From Azolla caroliniana (taxonomy: Eukaryota > Plantae > Polypodiophyta), in contig JBHGNT010000003.1 in the NCBI GenBank assembly GCA_043228905.1, positions 8,928,001-8,992,000 of the forward strand: 64,000 bases of DNA. The letters are read 5' to 3'. How positions within the stretch are numbered: the first letter of the stretch is position 1; each line of letters starts with the position of its first letter. Below are positions 1 through 8,871 of the stretch, piece after piece. The position numbers and the translations under genes are program-made. Under the pieces are notes generated by a model. That model saw nothing but the letters and a program-made list of their open reading frames with translations, was not told the origin of the DNA and searched no databases.

Positions 1-915
1 ATCATATTCTACCCATAGACACTCCACCTCTATGGCATATTCCTGAATCATCCTATCTCCATGCTAGACGACATCTATCTCCTACTCGATTTGAAATACT
101 CTCATGTTATTTCCCCTCCCCGCATTTGTCTTTTGCAATTTCTCCCAAATCTCCTTCACACTTAAAATTTCATCAACAGTTGTGGCGATTGATGGAACCA
201 TGGAGTTGAGAAGCCACATGTACAAAGACATGTGGGTGGCTCTCCATGCTTTCCATTCATTGCTCGTTTTGACAGGAGGTTCTTTATCTTCTCCCATTAG
301 GTACCCGTCAAGGCTTCCCCCTACCAAGGCACCTATAATCCGACACGACCACCTCAAGTATGTGGTTGGTCCATCGAGTTTGAACTCAATTGGGAGGAGT
401 TCAAGTCGAGATGGTGGTTGTGTTCCTGTCACACCTCTAGATGCTACAATCTCAACCCACTTCATATATTTCACCAATGTTTTCACCTCATCCTCGTTCA
501 ATTTTGAGAACACCTCATCCATCTTCTCAACTTAGCCTATCTCTGCTCTCCTCTTCCGACTTCTTTTCTCAAGTCGCCTCTCAATCACATAGAATGTCAT
601 CCCTAAAGGGAAAAATCCCCCTTTCTTCTCTTGGATGCTAGGACACTGCTATTCCAATCACCGTCATACTAGCATAAGGGTGGACCTAGGGTTTTACAAA
701 GGGCTGATCTAGGGTTTTGTAGAGGGGCAGATCTATGCTCTGATACCAAATTGAAAAATGAGAAGGCACATTTATTCAATAATATACATTGGTATGTCAC
801 AATAGGAGGGAGAAAATACAAAGATCACTCATATTTACATGAGGAGAAAGTTTCTCTTTATAAAGGCCAAGATCTGGCCGTTGGGCTAGCCGTTATAACT
901 TTCAATCATTCAACA
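1..915 (-). mobile_element. Ty1/copia LTR retrotransposon, 5' end (short LTR ~752-915, PBS, degenerate gag); continues off the window start
   Basis: GCTCTGATACCA at 737-748 is the reverse complement of the tRNA-iMet PBS TGGTATCAGAGC. A TG...CAACA-bounded ~164 bp LTR is adjacent. ORF 82-522(-) has copia gag N-terminal motifs (KLDGPTTYLRW...WLLNSM...IWEKL). Confidence 0.85.
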
Positions 916-1221
916 GATTCTGCTCAAGAGTCATGGTTTTCTTTGGCCTGATCACACGTCCCTCTTTGTGACATTTGAGCGATCATTTGCATCCGTTCGA
1001 CTACTCCGAATCGTCTTTGGAAATCCCTACATTCAACATAGTTTGTTACTACACTTATGACCATCCTCGCCAAAGGTTTCCCTTGAAATCAAATCACGGA
1101 ACCAAATAACATCAACTCGTCGCCGGTTTACGGTTTCGTGAGCAAAGTCTCCAGCCAATGTCCTATTTCCGCAGCTCCGAAACCACGATTCATAATGGTT
1201 TTGTCCGCCCATACGGCCAAA

Positions 1222-1382
1222 TTGGGCCAAATCCGTATTTGCTCTCACTTCCCGAATGACGGCGATTCCCAAGGCTTGAGTGAGTGTTAAATAATGCGAG
1301 TCCTTGAAGTTTCTCACAAACAACAAGACATATCCTCCTTGTGCCAAACCCAAGTGTGAACATTGTTTTAGGGTTAGGGTTT
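1222..1382 (+). promoter_or_regulatory. Telo-box / site II promoter of the snoRNA host transcript
   Basis: TGGGCC (site II) near 1223 and TTAGGGTTT (reverse complement of telo-box AAACCCTAA) at 1374-1382, followed by a CT-rich leader. This motif pair is typical of plant ribosome-biogenesis and snoRNA genes. Confidence 0.6.
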
Positions 1383-1737
1383 CTAGTGCTCTTTTTCTTC
1401 TTTTCTGTTTCTCTCTCCAAACATTATGCATATATTTGTGGCATACACTCCCTGTTGGAGTGAACCTAACGAAGCCTTCAATCGACTCCTCTACATCTAC
1501 GCGGTATCTTGTGTCTGTCTTCCCAATTGTTATTTCTGTTTCTGATCTCCTTCTCTGTCATTAATCCAGAAAGCTTAGCGTTTGTGTTTTCTAGATGGAC
1601 GTGGTGGCTTAGTTTAACAGGCTTACTATGTTGGCTATTTACCGTCAGAATGCATTTGTTTCTCGTGGTACTGGTCTGTTGATCTTCATATTTAGTATGT
1701 AATTTGCAATCTCTTGGTACTGGTCTTTGAAATCGGT

Positions 1738-1815
1738 GCAAATGATGATTTGAACTGACGATCCAACGCCTATGCACAGTGAGGATTTTACAAAAGAGCT
1801 TTTTAAATCTGATGC
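1738..1815 (+). ncRNA. Box C/D snoRNA, copy 1 (predicted 25S rRNA 2'-O-methylation guide)
   Basis: Box C ATGATGA 1742-1748, box D CTGA 1809-1812, terminal stem GCA/TGC, C' GTGAGGA. Antisense ACGATCCAACGC (1758-1769) pairs with 25S GUGUUGGAUUGU. Paralog at 2334-2415. Confidence 0.85.
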
Positions 1816-2023
1816 CCGTTTTCATTGTTGGAATTCCATCTAATTCTCCTCAATTTCTTACGAAATTAATGAATTTAGAGCCAAGCAAAAGTTCGAAAGA
1901 TTAGGCGAGGAATTGGTGTGTTTGGCAACGTCTGTTTTACTGTAGGTGCAGTATGGCTGCAGTGTTCATTTCTGATTTGTTGTGCGTGATTGTTTTACAT
2001 AATAAGACACCATATGCGCCAAT

Positions 2024-2207
2024 TGCCTCAAGATTACTCATCGACCCTTTGAGGTCTTCTCGTTATTTTGTTAAATGAGATGACCTTACTGTAGGGCTGG
2101 GTTCCCCATAAGGCAGGATATGCCTGCAATCTTTGTTGAGTCGCCCCATATATTTCTCGTATGAGAATTTTCCAGTGACATGTGGCGAATGTTTGATTGC
2201 TACATTT
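2024..2207 (+). ncRNA. Box H/ACA snoRNA with two predicted 18S rRNA pseudouridylation pockets
   Basis: 5' hairpin closed by TGCCT/AGGCA; pocket CAAGATT + TCCCCAT fits 18S AUGGGGA-UA-GAUC. 3' hairpin closed by GCAATC/GATTGC; pocket TGTTGAGT + AAT fits 18S AUU-UG-ACUCAACA, 14 nt from ACA at 2202-2204. The H box is degenerate (AGGATA). Confidence 0.8.
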
Positions 2208-2333
2208 CAGTCAACTGAGATATTGTTTTCTCTTACGAATTGATTTAGGTCAAATTTAGCTGATCATTTGTATGAATAGCTTACAGATATTTGTGTTAAC
2301 AAAATCTGTTTTTCCTCAATTACTAAAGACGAA

Positions 2334-2415
2334 GCCAGATGATGATTTAATTGACAATCCAACACCTATTCATTGTGAGGAATTTCAGATAAAAGAGCTT
2401 TTTAAATCTGATGGC
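2334..2415 (+). ncRNA. Box C/D snoRNA, copy 2
   Basis: GCCA-g-ATGATGA (box C 2339-2345) ... CTGA (2408-2411)-TGGC gives canonical k-turn geometry. Antisense ACAATCCAACAC (2354-2365) is fully complementary to 25S GUGUUGGAUUGU. C' GTGAGGA 2375-2381. Confidence 0.88.
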
Positions 2416-2908
2416 CTGTTCGTCCAAATGGCCAGAATCTGTATATGTTATCCAAGCCTGAAATATTCTTGGTGCGTACGTAGTGAAGGTGTACTTGTAA
2501 GCACTGCAAGTAAATCCAATCTGAAGGGTTCCTGATAATGGCTATGGCAGAAAAGGAATGAAGTAAAACCAGAATCGCTGTGTTGTATTTGCATTACTAT
2601 ACATGGAATGTGTCGTTTCGGGCATAGATTCAATGCAGATAGGGATGAAGTCGGACAGAGGAAAGAATGATGCAGGATCTTGAAAATATGTCGCTACAAA
2701 GATCATTATCGCATCTGTCTTGTCTTGCAGTTCTATCCTATGCTAAATGTCAGTGTGCAGTGATGGCGGCGGAAATTTAACCTATAATTCTTTTCAGGAA
2801 GAACGAGTGAAGAATAATCCTTTATGCTTATAGGTTCCTCATTGCATTAAAACACCTCCCTAAATTGTTTAGTTTCGTTAGGCATTGCAAGATAACAAAA
2901 CAAATTCC

Positions 2909-3195
2909 TGAATTGATGATAGGTATGCTGCTTACAAATAAACTGTAAACTGAAATCACTGTAATTGTACCGTTTAGTTTGAGGAGGATCAGAAGAAAAC
3001 ACGCATACTAGATACAATCATAGGCTATGTCAATTGCAGACATTCTGTTAGTGAACTCATTCAATCTTGAGAGAATTTGAGTGAACAGTGTGCATGTCAA
3101 TATGGAAGGTATTGCAATGTGTAGAGATTCTTCTGTTGAGAAGATGTATATGCTTGGCTTTAAAATGTGACAGGTAGTGCCCGTCCTCTGATTCA
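2909..3195 (+). ncRNA. Candidate long C/D-box RNA with an inserted long hairpin
   Basis: TTGATGA 2913-2919, CTGA 2950-2953, C'-like TTGAGGA ~2979-2985, hairpin CAGAAGAA...TTCTTCTG (~2990-3135), CTGA at 3188-3191 (alternative 3256-3259). The terminal stem is weak. Confidence 0.4.
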
Positions 3196-3917
3196 CAGCA
3201 GATATATTAAATCAGTAGCATGTGCGAGATCTGCAGTCAACCGATTTAAAACCATCTGATAAATTTTTCGGAGTTCTGAAGACCTATTTTTAAAACTGCG
3301 TTCTTACTGTCCAATCTCCAGACCTCAAACCCTAAAACCCCGAAGCTCCTTCAGACTTGGAGTATGGAGATGACCTGCATTATGTGTCTTCTCCCAAAGA
3401 ATTAGTTAGTCCAGTGAGTTTTGAAGCATTTTTAACACAGATTGTGTTAAAATTCTGAACCTGTAACCTAATCTCTAAACCCTAAATGGGTTTGGTAAAT
3501 TAAGGAAGGTGACACATGTATGAATCAATAGTATGCTTGAAGTTAATTTCATGTAATGTTTTTGACATAACATTAGGAGTGGCTCCGGATTTGGCTTAAA
3601 AAGGCTTGTGGCTTGGGGGGTGGCTCGCTCCCTTCATTGGTGGAAGATGAACTTAATCCTTTGACATACTATTGTGGAGTGCTTCTTTTGACAATGGAAA
3701 TGGTTTTAAATGATATTAATGTTTGATGATGTATCTAAATGATGTAGCATGTAGGCCACTATTGTTGGTCAGGTCATTGTTAATGTCTCAAATTAAGTTA
3801 CAGTTAGGTGTTTGTCGTAGTTTGATCGGTTGTTGGTTGGCAACCTTCCCCTACAAATGAAAGGAATTGTTGGCCCAAGGTAGTGTTTGGGGTTTTGGGG
3901 TGACCTTGAAAAGAATC

Positions 3918-4137
3918 AAAGTGTTTGATAATAATAGTTAACAGTTTTTGCATATAAAGAGGGAAAATGTTGATAATAGTTACCTTCTTGCATATAAAGA
4001 AAGGAAAATGTTCGATAATAGTTAACGTTCTTGCATATTGCCATGTTTGATGGAAAAACCTAGCTTTTGTTTTGTGTCCTATTCTATTCCTATAGGGGAA
4101 ATGTTTGATATTGATTACTTACCTTCTTGCATATGGC
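3918..4137. repeat. Degenerate ~41 bp tandem repeat (3 copies plus one displaced copy)
   Basis: Recurring GGAAAATGTT(C)GATAATAGTTA..TTCTTGCATAT. Confidence 0.75.
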
Positions 4138-6027
4138 CAATGAAGGAAAAGGATGGGAAGACTAGCTTTCAATTTTGGTTCCTTGTATAAACCTAGGAAC
4201 TATGTAAAGGCAAGCCAAAGGTGGCAGGAATTCTTTAGTGACGAGTCTTATTTTGCATGTGGGATTTGTGGATTGGATGAGGCTTGGAATGATTGATTTT
4301 ATACATAGAATTCTTGTAAAAAATCGTCGAAGATGATAATAGAATTTATCTTATATATTTTCTTATGTGAAGGAGTTTGTAAGTGACAACATGGGGAAGG
4401 TGGCCAAATGCAGTGGAATTAATAGGACATGCTTTGTGGGATTGCCTAACGTCCCATCGAATATGGCAGGTGGTAGGTTGCTTGTTACAATTATGCCAGT
4501 TACAAGGTTCAATTAAGTGGAGAAATATATGTTGGCTATCATGGCAGACCCAAGTTGGCAGATACGAGCATTAGGAGGGGATAACTTTGGTAATAAAAGC
4601 ACGAGAGGTTTTTTTTTTTCACCAGCGGCAATGTCCACTCAACTCCTCTTAATGACAAATCTCAAGTTATGTTGGAATTGGTCAGTTGAATATCTCTTTG
4701 GATTCTATGGAAACAACGGTGTAGACAGGTCTTCTTTAACCAAACTAAGCATCCAATAAGGTTACTCCAAGAGATATGGAGTGAAATTGTAGCTACTCTA
4801 AAGAGCCAATATGATGGCCTTAAGGGTGGTTCCGATGGAATCGAAATACAACGAAAAGCCTTTATCCAACAATGGTTGTCTTTTCCCTTTCTTAAGTAAG
4901 TGGGCATCCACATAAGGTGAAACTATCGCGTTCCTACAAGGATTTGTATGTAATAGTCTCATTTGTAAAATTTTATAACTAATGGAAGGAGTTCTTCTTT
5001 TGGAAAAAAAGAAAAACAACATGAGGAAGGTTTCGAGGGTGGGTTAAAAAACGTATGTACGTAAATTGTAATGAATGATCCACAATCCAAGGGCTATAAG
5101 AAACTTTAGAATAGTGATAGATATAGGGTAGATTGATAGAGTAGAGAGACACTTTGGACAGGAAGGAACTTTTTAAACTCATAAGAGTAGAGGTATGTAT
5201 GTAACTAATTAGTAAAGAACTAAATATACATATATATATTATATGAATTAAAAGAGAAAATGCAGAAAAGGAGATGGGTGTATTATTATTATTATGCATA
5301 TATGGTATGGTATGTATGGCATGGCTTGATAGGTGGATGGGCACTCATCATCCACTCTCTAGCATCATCTCTCTAGAGATTCTGCCATCATCTCGCTATA
5401 TAGCTCAGCTCACTCATCTCCATCTCCATCTCCATCGCCATCTCTGCATTCTGTCTGTTTGTTTTTGTCTGTCTGTCTCCCCGTTTCCTCTCATCCTTCC
5501 TTTGATCTTGGCCTTCCCCTCCTGTGAATGAACGAATTCACACCCTCCCCCTATCGAATCTCTGATTTTACTTCGTGGGAATGAGAATTGTGGTCACCTC
5601 CCTCTCGTAATTTTGGTGGATCCGGAGAGGAAAGAAAGGACAAGCACGAGATCGGATCCTTCTTCCTCGTGGTTTTCTGCACCAGAGTGAAGTAGAAGCA
5701 GAAGAAAGAAGAAAGGATATGGCCTTCTATTGATATCAGGAGTAATTGCTTTCTTTCAACTCGAGAAGGAAACTGTATTCTCAGGATGCATCAGAAGGAA
5801 TAAGGAGGAGGTTTACGAGAAACTCGTCTGCATCGGAAAGAAGAAGAAAAAGAGGAATCTTTAAAATTTTCTTTTGCCGCATCATCGGAAAGAAGAAGAA
5901 GAAGAAGAAGACCTGGTAATCTAGCATCAGATGTGGATGTGGCAGTGAATTCTATAGCAAGATTAGAAAGAAAGCTTAATCTTCAGTTATTTCGCCTACG
6001 TACGTGTGAACCGTCTTTCTGTCGACA

Positions 6028-6890
6028 ATGGCTGGAAAGAGGTTTAGAAGGACAACCAGTATGTCTCATTTTGCTCCTAATTCTACAAATATGGCACTAG
6101 ACAGAAACATTACGCAATCGGTCACTTCTGCCAGCAATAGTAATCACTACAAGGTAGCCAGACCTTTGGTAAATGATCAGAAACCTGCAAATCTTTATCA
6201 CAATCCTCATCAGGAAGACATAGCCATAGTTGAATCTCAAGAAATGGCGAGCATTCCGAACAGCAGTAATAACTATGGTGTTAGTTCTAACCCTACCTAT
6301 AACCTTAGACCTATCTCTAATTCAGGTCTCCCCACAGAGAATATAGGTGGCGAAAATGTGTCTTGTCATCCTCCGCTCAATATGTCTCATCTTGTGGCTT
6401 ATCAGATGGGGCTATGGGCCCATGCTAATGGAAATTCTGTTCTTTCTAGTTCAAGTTACAATGGAGCGATGAATAAGCAAGAAAATCATCATCATCCTGT
6501 TTTGTCATCTCCTGTGGATTTCTTACAAGTTTGTTTCTTCTGCAAGAGACGACTTGGAAATGGAAGAGATATCTTCATTTACAGGTTGTGTATCTTAGTT
6601 CTCTCCCTCTCTATTTCTATAAGGAATGTGCAAATTTCTCGTCATTCTTTAAGGTTCTTTGAACTTGATCTGAGACAGAGAAATAGTTAGGAAGCAATTT
6701 TCTAGATACGTGTAGGAAGCATTTTTCCTCTTCTTTCTTCAATATTAACTCTCATGTTCTTTCTTTTCCTTTTCACAGAGGTGATACAGCGTTCTGCAGT
6801 GAAGAGTGCCGCCATAGGCAGATTCTGGGAGACGAGATGAAGTCTAGCACTGAGAAAAGCTCGTCCGAATCGATTATTATTGCAGCTTAA
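6028..6890 (+). CDS. FLZ: FCS-like zinc finger protein (FLZ/DUF581), join(6028..6584,6779..6890), 222 aa
   Basis: Exon 1 ends FLQVCFFCKRRLGNGRDIFIYR. GT..CAG intron 6585-6778 (phase 2). Exon 2 continues GDTAFCSEECRHRQI...AA* and completes the CX2C...FCSX2C motif. N-terminal RRTTSM motif as in FLZ proteins. Confidence 0.95.
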
Positions 6891-7369
6891 TATGAGGAAT
6901 GCAATAATCCATGTAACTCTATATATTTGTCTCTCTGATCCTGGCAATGGAATTAGGGTTATAGCAATGAAATGTTTAGTGTGAGATATGGTCATAATAT
7001 ATGGAATCAATCAATCTATATAATCTATTCAATGCGTCTGTCTATATGTTATGAAAATGCTTTTGAGCGTATACATGGCTATGGCGATTTGCCAGAGGCA
7101 ATCTTTTTCCTGAGAATTTCCATCTCTCAATAAACTTGAGAAATGCTAGTGGAGGAGGGGGATTCGGATTGGTGAGAGTTCTAGAATCAGTCTCATGGAC
7201 AGTCAGTAATCCATAGGATCACTGATGGTCCACATGCAAACAGGACCTGCCCTCGACAAAGAAGATGCTCGAGGTTGCAATGGAGCCGCCTGGTACCGGA
7301 GGAGGATTGGAATATTCAGAAAATGATGGATCATTGCGATGGACTTGTCAGAAATTATGGATGAGATGT

Positions 7370-7962
7370 AACCAGGAATTTTGTCTATTCTAGATGGAAT
7401 GGTATAGTAGTTAGGCGTTAATCATTCCAACAAATTCTAACCAGGGATCTTGTCGATGCTCCTTGGAATCGCAGAGTAGTTCGGGGTTAATCGTTTTTAA
7501 CAAATTTGGTTTATCATTCTAACACATTCAATCGAGGGATCATGTCTATGCTCATTGGAATGGTAGAGTAGTTAGGGGTTAATCATTGTAACAAATTCTA
7601 ACCAGGATCTTGTCGATTCTCCTTGGAATCGCAGAGTAGTTAGGGGTTAATCGTTTTTAACAAATTCGGTTAATCATTCTAACAAATTCTAACGAGGGAT
7701 CTTGTCGATGCTTGTTGAAATCGCAAAGTAGTTAGGGATTAATCGTTTTAACAAATTCTAACCAAGGATTCTTGTAGATGCTCCTTGGAATCGCAAAGTA
7801 GGGGTTAATCGTTTTTAACAAATTCGGTTAATCATTCTAACAAATTCTAACGAGGGATCTTGTCGATGCATGTTGTAATCGCAGAGTAGTTAGGGATTAA
7901 TCGTTTTAACAAATTTTAATCAAGGATTCTTGTTGATGCTAGGGGCTAATTGTTTTAACAAC
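7370..7962. repeat. Minisatellite, ~8 copies of a 69/92 bp unit
   Basis: Repeated AAC(C/G)AGGGATCTTGTCGATGCT..TTGGAATCGCAGAGTAGTTAGGGGTTAATCGTTTTAACAAATTCT; long units carry an extra ~22 bp internal duplication. Confidence 0.9.
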
Positions 7963-8587
7963 TTCTGTGATCAAACGATCGGGTTTTATTCGATAACGAT
8001 TAAGTAGCTGAGATTTTTTAGACTTTCGATATGTACATGAGAATGAGGCAAGTTTTGCCGATGTTCGAGGGTAACATTAGCTGGATAGGAACTCATCCTT
8101 TACATTTAGTGATTGTTTGGGTTTATCTCAATGCATGGCAACATATACCAAGATTGTGTTGGTTCATAGTTCCATCTTATTGAGAAGCTTTATAGCCTTT
8201 ACACCAAGAGTTGCGAGCTCAAATCGATAGATGTTGTATGTTTACACCAAGAGTTGCGCGTGCATTGATTGGCCCATGAATCCTTTGGTAGAAGTGTTCT
8301 TTTGTGGGTATGATAATGTTGTTTCAATCAAGTTTGTGTTGCCACCAGTACTAATAAGTAGTCAAGACATTCTAACTTTTCAATAATTTACTTGAATAAG
8401 TAGCTAACATATCTTGCCATCTAAAATCAATTGGTTGCAAGGAATGACTAGATTACAAAACAACATTAAATAGAGATTTGATAATGGCTTTGTGGTAAGT
8501 CGAAACACCATCGATTCTTTGTTTAAACAACACGGGATTTAACATGAATGAATATTTTGAACTTTTTTATGTTAACTTGAACTGTCC

Positions 8588-8871
8588 ATGATGATCTCTA
8601 AATACTCATGCACTTCGATGAATGTTTATTATTTAGTGTCTTGTTTGAATGACTCACACACCATGTCATGTACAAAGATGAAATGTTGTCTACGTCCCTT
8701 TCTCTTTGTAACAAAGCATTGTTCATTTCAAACATGGGGTTGGCCTATGATGATTTCTAAATACTTCTACACTTTGATGAATGTTTATTATTTATTATCT
8801 TGTTTGAATGGCTTTCACACCATGTCATGTACAAGATGAAGTGTTGTCTACGTAGCTTTCTCTTTGTAACA
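8588..8871. repeat. Direct duplication of ~125 bp (period ~159 bp)
   Basis: ATGATGAT.TCTAAATACT...TTTCTCTTTGTAACA at 8588-8712 and 8747-8871. Confidence 0.85.

Noticed and set aside
1594-1712. Possible extra H/ACA RNA (two hairpins)
   Set aside because: No ANANNA or ACA box and no rRNA target recognised
3197-3265. snR30/U17-like 3' hairpin (AUAUU...AAACCAU)
   Set aside because: m1 lacks the UUCC needed for 18S pairing and there is no ACA 7 nt after the m2-like motif
3325-3490. AAACCCTAAA motifs as a telomerase RNA template
   Set aside because: No USE/TATA Pol III promoter or other recognisable land-plant TR elements; better read as telo-boxes
3700-3711. 12 nt perfect complement of 3244-3255
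   Set aside because: AT-rich and isolated; plausible by chance
6585-7010. ORF-track tail of 6028..6690 and antisense ORF 6702..7010
   Set aside because: Intron read-through and shadow of FLZ exon 2
7370-7962. CRISPR-like repeat array
   Set aside because: Eukaryotic context, no unique spacers, no cas genes
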